Below the pieces are notes generated by a model. The model had not been told where the DNA came from. It saw nothing but the letters and a program-made list of their open reading frames with translations, and did not search any database. A stretch of 64,000 nt of DNA. Source: Chrysemys picta bellii (taxonomy: Eukaryota). How positions within the stretch are numbered: position 1 is the first letter of the stretch; the number at the start of each line of letters is the position of its first letter. The position numbers were made by a program, and so were the translations under genes. The stretch spans positions 1,674,001 through 1,738,000 of the forward strand of contig NC_088810.1 of the NCBI RefSeq assembly GCF_011386835.1, written 5' to 3'. Below are positions 17,288 through 27,742 of the stretch, piece after piece.

Positions 17288-18494
17288 GGGGGGTCTCGGG
17301 AGGGGGTGGTCAGGGGACAAGGAGCGGGGGGGTTGCTGGGTTGCGGGTTCTGAGTGGGGCAGTCGGGGGCAGGACATGGGTGGGGGTCGGATGGGGGTGA
17401 CAGTCTGTTTTGGGAGGCACAGCCTTCCCGCCCTGGCCCCCCGATACAATTTTACAACCCCGATGTGCAGGGCCGGCTTTAGGGAGTGCGGGGCCCGATT
17501 TGAACAATTTCGACGGGGCCCCAGCAGGGATGACTTAAAAAAACACGTAAAAAACCACGTGGGGCTTGTACTCACTGGGTGGCGCGCCGAGTTTTCGGCG
17601 GCACGTCCTTCACTCGCTCTGGGTCTTCGGCGGCACTGAAGGACCCGCCGCCGAAGACCCGGTAGGGAACCGGTTGTTAAGATTTTGGCAGCTCATCACT
17701 GGGTGGAGACACAGGGCAGGGCCGGCAGCAGAGAACCCAGGTGTCCGGGCGGAGCAGGCGCATATACAGGGCAGGGCTCACTTAGGAGCCAGGTGTGACC
17801 AACTGGGGAGGGGGAGGATTCCCAGAATGCACTGCTGCAGCATGGACAAGGGGGGGGAGGAGCATTCCCAGCATGCACTGCTCCCCATTGCATGGCAAGA
17901 CCTTAGGGCGCGGGGCTGGTCTTGGCTGGGGTGTCTTCTCTGCCTCAGTTCCCGGGGGGTGCTCGACCCCCGCTCCGCCCCAGGTCCCGCCCCCCACTGC
18001 ACCCCTTCCCCCAAACCCCCTCCCCATCTCTTGCCACCCCCGCTCCACCCCAGGCCCCACCCCCACTGCACCTCTTCCCCTCCCACCTCTTCCCACCCCC
18101 GCTCTGCCCCAACTGCACCCCTACCCCCACCTCCCATTCCACCTCTTCCCACCCCTACTCCACCCCTTCTCCCAAGCCGCGGTGGGCGGGAGGTGCTGGG
18201 AGTGAGGGGGAGGAGCTGATCTGTGGGGCTGCCGGTGGGTGCCGAACACCCACTATTTTTTTTCCATGGGTGCTCTGCCACCCCTCGCCCACCTCTGCCC
18301 TGGGCTTTCGCTTCCTCCCCAACCGGTGGGATGGGAAGTTGGGTTGCTTCATCCTCTGGTGAAAAACTCCCCTGGCCCCAGAGCAGGGGCCTCGGCTTCC
18401 CCTTTCCAGATCTGAAACCAGAGGTCTTCTGCCTCCCTGTGGCAACCAGGCCGGAGCCCATCCCATCCGCTATGCCTTGGGGAAGAGACCCCTG

Positions 18495-19571
18495 TGTAAC
18501 GATGCGCTTCTGGCGGGACCCAACTGAGAGTGCCAATTCAGGACAAATTCCTAAACAGGGCAGTTACAGCCCAAGGCTGGGGTCTTTCCACATCTAAGGC
18601 AAACCAAACTAGCCAGACAGTGAAGACTTTCGTCTCACCCACTGGCTAATCACAAGTCACACAAGCAATTCCCTTAGACACTCCACTTTCCCAGTATCAC
18701 CACCAGTGCCACTCGTTATGGGGACGAATGGTTATGAAAACCAATACCCCAGTAAAAGAAAAAAGGTTCTCCCGATCCCAAAGGACCAAGCCCCAGACAC
18801 AGGTCAATATACAAATCAGAGCTTACCCACAAATCACGCTGTTGCCAATCCTTTAGAATCTAAAATCTAAAGGTTTATTCATAAAAGGAAAAAGATACAG
18901 ATGAGAGCTAGAATTGGTTAAATGGAATCAGGTACATACAGTAATGGCCAAGTTCTTGGTTCAGGCTTGTAGCAGAGAGAGAATAAACTGCAGGTTCAAA
19001 TCAAGTCTCTGGAACATCCCCTGCTGGGATGGGTCATTCAATCCTCTGTGTAGAGCTTCCCTTTGTAGCAAAGTCCCTCCAGAGGTAAGAAGCAGGATTG
19101 AAGACAAGATGGAGATGAGGCATCAGCCTTTTATGTCCTTTCCAGGTGTAAGAACACCTCTTTGTTCCTACTGTGGAAAATTAAAGCAAAATGGAGTCTG
19201 GAATCACATGGGCCAGTTCCTGCATACTTTGCTGAGTTACAAGGCGTATCTGCCTTCTCTCAATGGGTCCATTGTATAGCTGATGGTCCTTAATGGGCCA
19301 TCAAGCAGGCTAGGCAGAGCTAACACCAACTTCTCTGGGATGTCTCTCAGAAGCATAGCATAAGTTTGAAATACAGACAGTTTAGAGCCAATATTCATAA
19401 CTTCAACTACAAAATTGCTACACGCATATAGACAGCATAATCATAACCAGCCAACCATAATCTTGTCTTAGACACCTCATTTGACCCCCTTTATACAAGA
19501 TTTGGTGCCACTACAGGACCTTGGTTGCAACCATGTTCTATATGGTCCCAGTTCAAATCAATAACGTGACA
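18495..19571 (-). mobile_element. Solo LTR (1077 bp), unit A only
   Basis: TGTAACG...CGTGACA termini; perfect 5-bp TSD CCCTG; minus-strand AATAAA at 18874-18879; empty homologous sites at ~12775 and ~30150. Confidence 0.9.
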
Positions 19572-21254
19572 CCCTGGCTCCCTTTGCCAGCCCTGGGAGG
19601 GGAGTAGGGCTAGTGGGTTAGAGTGGCGGGCTGGCAGCCAGGACTCCGGGGTTCTATACCAAGTTCTGAGAGGGGAGTGAGGTCTAGTGGTTAGAGCAGG
19701 GAGGGCTGGGAGCCAGGACTCCTGGGTTCTCTCCCCCGCTCTGGGAGGGGAATGGGGGGTCTAGTGGTTATGGGGCCTTTTTTGGGAGAGGCTATTGCCG
19801 AGACGGCGGAAGGATACAAAGCTCAGGGAGAGGACAGAGAAGTTCTAGCCTGTAACATAGAGCATGACTTTCAGGATGCTTATTGGAGGGACTATTTTTG
19901 CTGGCGTTCATCTGCCGGGGATAGGATACAAAGGAGATAAGGGGATGATCTCTACTTGTTTGGTGGACTGGACTACTTCTTTTGAGTGGAAGAGGACAGA
20001 AGGGGGCGTAATAAGGCCCAGCCCTTGTATTTAAAGGGCACAACTTTCCCATGTGTGTTTCAGGGACTATAGTTGTGGTGGAAGGCCACAAAACAGAGTG
20101 CAAGAAGATGACAAAGGAAGTAGTCCCGGTACCCGAATATGATGGAGCTTGATTTTCAGATTTTTAAGGGGCTATTTTACCTTTTGTTGTTTGGCGGAAG
20201 GACACACACAAGTAATGGAGGAACGTCACAGGGCTTCTGTTCGAAAAGGGCCTGGTTTTCAGCTATTATTTTTTTGAGGGACTATTTTTTTGGCAGAAGG
20301 ACACACAATCAGTATCTATTGAAAGTAGATCCAGTTCCTGTATAAAAAGGGTCCAGTTTTGAGGGACTACTTTTGTGGTGGAAGGATACTCGGTAGCTGT
20401 CCTTTGAAAGTAGAGCCGGCTCCTGTGTAAAGTGGGCTGGATTCCCAGAATTCTTTTTTTTTTTTTTTTGGACGGACTACATTAATTGGTGGAAGGATAC
20501 ACCAACCAATGGGGTGGTTAATGTAACAAAAGTAGATCTGAGCCGTCTGTATAAAAAGAGCCTGGTTTTAGGAATCACTCCACCCCGGTCTGAAAATCAG
20601 GCCCCAAAATGGTGGCCAGGTGGTGGTATCCATGGCAACTACCATGGCCACAGCCATGTAACAGCCCCGCCCACCCTGTGGGGTGGCAGCCAGTGAGTAT
20701 CACTGAGTTCCTGCAGCATGGGGAAGGGGCGTGGCCTGTTATTGCTCCGGTGTGGCCAATGAGGGCAAGAGTTCCCAGCATGCTCCTCTGCAGTGTGACC
20801 CATAAGCTCCCAGCATGCACTGCTCTGGCATGGCCCATGGGCTCCCAGCATGCACTGCTTCAGCATGGCCCATGCTGATGACGACAGCTCCCCACATGCA
20901 CTGCTTCAGCATAGCTCATGGGCTCCCAGCATGCACTGTTCTGGCGAGGCTCTGGTGTCCCAGCATGCACTGCTTCAGTGTGGCCCATGGGCTCCCAGCA
21001 TGCACTGCTCTGGCGAGGCCCTGGGCTCCCAGCATGTACTGCTCCAGCGCAGCCCAAGGAGATGATGACAGCTCCCAGCATGCATTGCTCCGCCATGTCC
21101 CATGGCCTCCCAGCATGCACTGCTCCAGCACAGCCCTGGGCTCCCAGGATGCACTGATCTGGTGCGGCTCTGGGCTCCCAGCATGCCCTGCTCGGTGCCC
21201 TCCCACAGCTGCCCCCCACCCCTCACGGGGCCCTGGCCCCTTCCCCCTGCCCCA

Positions 21255-24200
21255 TCACGGCTGCATTATCCGCAGCTCGGAGGGGGTGGTGGAGCCCAGT
21301 GAGCGGTTGTTCCGGCGCCCGCTGCCGGAGCCCATCGAGTCTTCGGCCATGGCGGCCTCCAGCCAGCGGGTGCGGCTGCTGCCCCGCAGCCCCTCCTGGA
21401 AGCGGCGGCCCAGGAAGGCGTAGAGCAGGGGGTTGAGGAAGCAGCCCAGGCAGGTGAGGCTGAAGGCCAGGGAGGAGCCCACCTTGAAGGCTGCACGATT
21501 GCTCGGCGACCTGTGCAGGAAGTTGAAGACGTGGTAGGGCAGCCAGCAGAAGAAGAAACTCAACACCACGGCAGCTACCACCTTGGCCGTACGGTTGGGC
21601 CGGCGGCCCCGGTGCCCGGCCCGCAGCATCATGACCACGTGGCAGGCTGTGATGACCAGCAGCGGCGCCAGGAAGCCAGCCACAAACCGCACCATGATCA
21701 TGGCCTGCTGCCGCGCCATCCTCGTCGCCTCGTCCCCGAAATTGTTGATGCAAAAGCAGCGCTCGCCCCGGCAGGTCACCTGCCGGAAGACCAGGTAGGG
21801 GGCCGAGAAAGCCCCGGCCAGCAGCCACGCCACGGCGGCCGCCCCCCAGGCCAAGCGCGGCGTGCGGAACCGCTGGGCCCAGACGGGATGGGCCACCAGC
21901 AGGCAGCAATCGGCCGAGATGAGCGTCAGCTGGAAGACGCTGGTGAACATGCTGAGGAAGAGGAGGGAGTTGACGGCTTTGCAGAGGAAGTTGCCGAAGG
22001 CCCACTGATTGCCCGCGGCGGTCTTGGCGGCGTAGAAAGGCAGCAGCAGGGAGTAGAGCAGGTTGGCCAGCGCCAGGCTCAGGAACCAGATCGAGTTGAC
22101 CGTCCGGCGCATGCGGAAGCAGGTGACCCAAATCACCAGGCTGTTGCCCACCGTGCCCAGCAGGGAGGAGACCACGAAGATGGCCACCGAGAGCTGGTCG
22201 AGGACATTGGAAGTGGGCATGGTGCTGTTGTTGGCCACGGGTGAGGTGACGTTGCCGGAAAGCTGGGGAGAAGTGACTGCTTTAGCATGTGGCCCGGCCA
22301 GTGCCCCTCACTCCCAACTAGGACTGCCAGGCGTCCGGTTTTCTCCCTGCCTGCCCCAGCGCCGCACGGCTCCCGGAAGCGACCTCCATATCCGCCTCCT
22401 AGGCGCAGGGGCTGCCAGGGGGACTCCGTGTGCTGCCCCTGCCCTGAGCGCCGGCTCTGCAGCTCCCATTGGCTGGAAACTGCGGCCAATGGGATCTGCG
22501 GGGGTGGTGCCTGCAGGAACCACGGCCAACGGGAGCTGCAGGGGAGGTGCCTGTGGGAGTGGGCAGTGCACACCGCACAGAGCCGCCTGGCCGTCCCTGC
22601 GCCTAGGAGCCGGACATGGCGGCTTCTTCCAGGAGTAGCGCGGAGCCGGGGCAGGCAGGGAGCGCTGCCGGCTGGGAATCACCTGAGGTAAGTGCCGCCT
22701 GGCCGGAGCCCGCACCCCGAACTCCTGCCCCAGCCCTGAGCCCCCTCCCTCACCCTGACTCCTTCCTGCAACCTGCACTCCCCCCACACACGCCACCCCC
22801 AGCCCTGAGCCCCCTCCCGCACCCTCACTCCCTCCTGCCACCTGCACTCCCCCCACACACGCCACCCCCAGCCCTGAGCCCCCTCCCGCACCCTCACTCC
22901 CTCCTGCCACCTGCACTCCCCCCACACACGCCACCCCCAGCCCTGAGCCCCCTCCCGCACCCTAACTCCCTCCCAGGGCCCGCACTCCCTCCTGTACCCC
23001 AGCCCTGAGCCTCCTCTTGGAGCCCACAGCCAAATTCGCGCTTGGAATATGCACCCCTCATCCCCCACCCCCAGCCCCGAGCTCCCTCCCGCACCCTAAC
23101 TGTCTTCTGGGGCCTGCACCTTGCACTCCCTCCCTCTACCCCAGCCCAGAGCCCCCTCCTGAACCTCAAACCCCTCATCCCCGGCCCCACCCTAGAGCCC
23201 ACAGCCCCAGCTGGAGCCCGCAGCACAACCCCCTGCCCCAGCCCAGTGAAAGTGAGGGAGGGTGGGGGAGAGCCAGCGACGGACGGAGGGGGTGATGGAG
23301 TGTGGGGGGCGGGGCCTCAGGGAAGGGGCGGGTCCTCGGTAAAGGGGCGGGGCAGGGGACAGGACTAGTTTGTTCGGTTTTGTGCAATCAGCACGTTGGC
23401 TACCCTACTGCTGACGACACACAGCCCCTCCTATCCCCCCCACCTCTGCCAGTGGCCCCCACTCCCGACCTGCAGCCCCTCCTATCCCCCCACCTCTGCC
23501 AGTGCCCCCCACTCCTGACCTGCAGCCCCTCCTATCCCCCCACCTCTGCCAGTGCCCCCCGTCCCGACCTACATCCCCTCCTATCCCCCTACCTCTGCCA
23601 GTGGCCCCACTCCCGACCTACATCCCCTCCTATCCCCCCACCTCTGCCAGTGGCCCCACTCCCGACCTACATTCCCTCCTATCCCCCCACCTCTGCCAGT
23701 GGCCCCCGTCCCGACCTACATCCCCTCCTATCCCCCCACCTCTGCCAGTGCCCCCCACTCCCGACCTACATCCCCTCCTATCCCCCCATCTCTGCCAGTG
23801 CCCCCCACTCCCGACCTGCATCCCCTCCTATCCCCCCACCTCTGCCAGTGCCCCCCACTCCCGACCTGCATCCCCTCCTATCCCTCCCACCTCTGCCAGT
23901 GCCCCCCACTCCCGACCTGCATCCCCTCCTATCCCTCCCACCTCTGCCAGTGGCCCCCACTCCCGACCTGCAGCCCCTCCTATCCCTCCCACCTCTGCCA
24001 GTGGCCCCCACTCCCGACCTGCAGCCCCTCCTATCCCTCCCACCTCTGCCAGTGGCCCCCACTCCCGACCTGCAGCCCCTCCTATCCCCCCACCTCTGCC
24101 AGTGCCCCCCACTCCCGACCTGCATCCCCTCCTATCCCCCCACCTCTGCCAGTGCCCCCCACTCCCGACCTGCATCCCCTCCTATCCCCCCACCTCTGCC

Positions 24201-26457
24201 AGTGCACCCCCACTCCCAACCTGCAGCCCCTCCTATCCCCCCACCTCTGCCAGTGCCCCCCTCCCGACCTGCAGCTCCTCCTATCCCCCCACCTCTGCCA
24301 GTGCCCCACACTCCCGACCTGCAGCCTCTTCTATCCCCCCACCTCTGCCAGTGCCCCCCACTCCCGACACTCAGCCCATCCTATCCCCCCACCTCTGCCA
24401 GTGCCCCCCTCCCGACCTGCAGCCCCTCCTATCCCCCCACCTCTGCCAGTGTCCCCCACTCCCGACCTGCAGCCCCTCCTATCCCCCCACCTCTGCCAGT
24501 GCCCCCCTCCCAACCTGCAGCCCCTCCTATCCCCCCACCTCTGCCAGTGCCCCCCACTCCCGACCTGCAGCCCCTCCTATCCCCCCACCTCTGCCAGTGC
24601 CCTGCACTCCCGACCTGCAGCCCCTTCTATCCCCCCACCTCTGCCAGTGCCCCCCACTCCCCACACGCAGCCTCTCCTATCCCCCCACCTCTGCCAGTGC
24701 ACCCCACTCCCGACCTGCAGCCCCTTCTATCCCCCCACCTCTGCCAGTGCCCCCCTCCCGACCTGCAGCCCCTCCTATCCCCCCACCTCTGCCAGTGCCC
24801 CCCACTCCCGACTTGCAGCTCCTCCTATCCCCCCACCTCTGCCAGTGCCCCCCACTCCCGACCTGCAGCCCCTTCTATCCCCCCACCTCTGCCAGTGCCC
24901 CCCACTCCCGACACGCAGCCCATCCTATCCCTCCAGGCACCAGCGCAGCAAGCAGATGCCTGGGGCAGCCAAGGGGAAGGGGCGGCACATCCGGCTCTTC
25001 AGCGGGAAGTCCCTCAGTCCCTCTCAGACTTGGGGTGGCAAAACCCCTGGAGCATTAGCCCCAGTCCAGCCGACTTTCCGCCATCGCCCCAGATCTGTTC
25101 CGGAGTCGCTGCTCCCCAGGGGAGACCCCCCCTCTGCTGATGTTAGCTGGGAGGGTTTGATGTTCCCGTCCCAGACACTGATCCCAGCAGTAACTAGCGC
25201 AGAGCATGACCCGATCCCCGCGGGACCCCACTGGAGACCCCCGCCCACTTGAGGATGAGTCCCTGTTTACAGGTTGTGATGAAGTGGGACTGTTCTTAAT
25301 GTTTCCTCTGAATAATGTGTGTGTGCCTCAGTTTCCCCTATGCATTTCTTAAGTCTCTAGGTGGTGGGATAAAGGCCAGTGCGCATAAATGGCCAACACT
25401 CTGTCTCCTGGCAACAAATGGCCGGGGCCCTTCCCACTTGCAAGGGAATAGCTAAAGGTGAACAAAGAGATCAGGTGACCTCCTGGCCCGGGCAAGAGAC
25501 TAAGCCCAGAGGAGGAGAGGCTGGAGGATTTCAGTTTGGGGCTGGCTGGGAACGGGAAGCAAGGGCAGACGGGGTTGTTTGGCTCGCTGGGCCCCAGGAT
25601 GGACCCGGCCGAGGGGTCCCGTTCGCTGGACCTACAAGCTCTGTTTTAGACCGTGTTCCTGTCGTCTAATAAACCTCTGTGTTACTGGCTGGCCGAGAGT
25701 CACGTCTGACTGCGAAGTGGGGGGTGCAGGACCCTCTGGCTGCCCCAGGACCCCGCCGGGGCGGACTCGCTGTGGGAAGCGCACGGAGGGGCATATGCTG
25801 AAAGCTCCAAGGTCAGACCCAGGAGGTGAAGCCGTGTGAGCTTCTTGCCCTGAAGACAGTCTGCGCCGAGGGAGAGGAGGCTCCCCAAAGTCCTGCCTGG
25901 CTTTGTGGGGAGCAGGTCCAGAGCATCGCCCGGGGACTCCGGGACACAGGTGCGCTCCAATGCCCTTGGGCTTCACCTGACCCACAGGCTGGCTTGGGGG
26001 CCTGACTCCTCTGGGCATGCCCAGTGCTGGGGCAGCAGCCTGCTGAGAGGGACCCAGGAGTCCTAGCTGCTGCCCCCTATGCACACCTGCACTCCAGTGT
26101 TAGAAAAGGTGGGGCCGGGACTCAGGACTCCTCGGTTCTCTCCCTGGCTCTGGGAGGGGAGTGGGGTCTAGTGGTTAGAGGGGGAGGGCTGGGAGCCAGG
26201 ACTCCTGGGTTCTACCCCTGGTTTTGGGAGGGGAGTGGGACTCTGGGTTCCATTGGGGACCCTCTTTGGCTGGATATTGGGGCAGGTCTCTGGGTTCTCT
26301 CTGTCTGGGCTGCCGGGAGGGATGGAGACGTGGGCTATCCCCATCTCTGGTGCTGGTAGACGGCTGTCCCTGCTGCATGGCCGGCTCCTGCAATCTCTGT
26401 CAAATGAAGGCTTGGACTTACCTGCCCCCAGCTCCTGGTGGGGAAGGGGGACGCCAT
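21255..26457 (-). CDS. Chemoattractant-family class A GPCR, paralog A (347 aa, 2 coding exons) with non-canonical microswitches
   Basis: Exon 1 26422-26457 (MASPFPTRSWGQ, donor CAG|GTAAGT, phase 0) joins exon 2 21255-22262 (acceptor ttctccccag|CTT). Open frame with 7 TM, CWLPYH and NPLLY, but LAN instead of LAD in TM2 and DCC instead of DRY. Confidence 0.85.
22319..23407. mobile_element. Old hAT-like element in GPCR intron 1 (paralogous copy at 33227-34658)
   Basis: TIR-like TAGGACTGCCA...TGGC(T/A)AC(C/A)CTA with internal cccagccctgagcccc subterminal repeats. Present in both units, TSD degraded. Confidence 0.65.
23420..24940. repeat. 50-bp C-rich minisatellite, ~30 copies (intron 1 of paralog A)
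   Basis: Unit ctctgccagtgccccccactcccgacctgcagcccctcctatccccccac. Confidence 0.97.
25275..25946 (+). mobile_element. Solo LTR (672 bp) in intron 1 of paralog A, unit A only
   Basis: TGTGATG...GGGACA termini; 5-bp TSD CAGGT; AATAAA at 25668-25673; empty site (gtta caggt acgctcc) at ~38091. Confidence 0.88.
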
Positions 26458-26683
26458 GGGCCCGGGAGCTGTGGTTGGAGGTAGACCAGAGCTTGTTCCT
26501 CTCAGCGCTGTCTGCAGTCCTGGGGCTGGGGCTGTGCAGGCAGCGTGGAAGATAAGAAGTTGAGTAACGCCAGGGCACTGGCAGAAAGCGATTAGATGCG
26601 CCCCTTCTGGGGGGGAGCGTTGTCCCCGCCCCAGGAGAGCAGAGCAAGGCAGGGCTGGGAGCGGGAGATCTCAGGTGTGGAGG

Positions 26684-27742
26684 TGTGACGGTGCCGCCCG
26701 GGGGAGCCAGCTGAGGTCACTCCATTAGGGTGAACTGCAAACAAAACGGGGCAGACAAACCCCAGACGCTGGTGGATATTCCAATACTTAGATTTACCAG
26801 CCAGCCCAAAACAGCTCCTGTAGTACCTCACTGGTTACTCAGACGTCCAAACAACGCAGTTCCCTTAAAGTGCCCGGCCTCAGGCCTCCGTCCAGACACA
26901 GATGTGATGTTAATTACTGAAAATCTGATCTCATCATATAAAAGAAAAGGCTCTTCCAACCCCAAAGGATCAGCCACACACCCAGGTTCAATTACAACTT
27001 AGATCTTACCCAAAATACTCGCTATAGCCAATTCTTATTAACTAAGCTAAAATGTATTAAAAAAGAAAAGAGAGAGAGTTGGTTAAAAGATCAATGTACA
27101 GACAGACTTGAATTCAATGCTTGAGGTTCAGACACAGCAGAGATGAGCGTGTAGTTGCCAAAAGTCCTTTTAGAAATAGTCCAGAGGTTACAGTCCCATG
27201 TCCATATTCAGGGTGACTCCAGGCAGTGACTGGGGATCTCAATCCTTGTGACTTAAGGTTTCCCCCTCTTGAAACCCAAAGCAGATCTGAGATGAAGCAG
27301 GATCGTGTCCCAGGGTTTTTATACATTTCCAGCAGCCTTTTGGCCTGAGAAAACAATAGGCCTAACTCTCCTTCTCCCAAACATCCTGGCAATTAGCACA
27401 GGGTTATTTATCCATTAAACAGTTCAGATCCAGGTCACCACAACCTTCAAAGAGACAGAGAGACAATAATACTATTTCCCTCAAGTGTCTTCCTAAATGT
27501 TAATATTCCCTTTTTGATCTTTGAATCAAAGTGATAGCAATAGACAAGACTTGTTTGCTTCCATCGCAAGCCCTGAGCAAACATCTACCCTTGAGATCTC
27601 TAACAATGCCGGCTGCATTTCAAAGCTCTATTCCTAACCAGTCCTTAAGGTTCACCCATGGGTCAGGTCAGTCTGAGTTAATTAACTCTTTCTGGTCCTG
27701 TTACCTGCCAGTGAAATATTCTATTACACTCATAACGTCACA
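26684..27742 (-). mobile_element. Solo LTR (1059 bp) upstream of paralog A, unit A only
   Basis: TGTGACG...CGTCACA termini; 5-bp TSD GGAGG/AGAGG; empty site GGAGG at 39018-39022. Related to the 18495-19571 LTR. Confidence 0.88.

Larger units (their letters stand above)
13924..17701. mobile_element. Non-autonomous hAT element carrying nested insertions (unit A only)
   Basis: TIR CAGTG(G/A)TGAGCTG; 8-bp TSD (A/G)GTGGAGA at 13916-13923 and 17702-17709; empty site in unit B at ~29490. Confidence 0.8.

Noticed and set aside
19781-20620. Resemblance of gtggaagga..acac plus TATA to a U6-type Pol III promoter end
   Set aside because: No U6, 7SK, Y, vault or tRNA-Sec sequence and no recognisable PSE follow; the match is too short.
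21513-22244. Plus-strand ORFs overlapping the GPCRs (also 31884-32810, and shifted-frame ORFs 21223-22131, 32131-32913, 8996-9634)
   Set aside because: Shadow ORFs expected from GC-rich codon usage; no recognisable domain.
23302-25252. Long Pro-rich ORFs (612, 518, 566 aa), and likewise 34699-37033 (731, 611, 405 aa)
   Set aside because: They are translations of the 50-bp minisatellite, cycle through the same peptides in all three frames, and lie antisense within GPCR introns.
18495-27742. Single provirus that captured GPCR paralog A between two LTRs
   Set aside because: Each LTR has its own TSD and its own empty site in unit B, and the two differ in sequence, so they are independent solo insertions.
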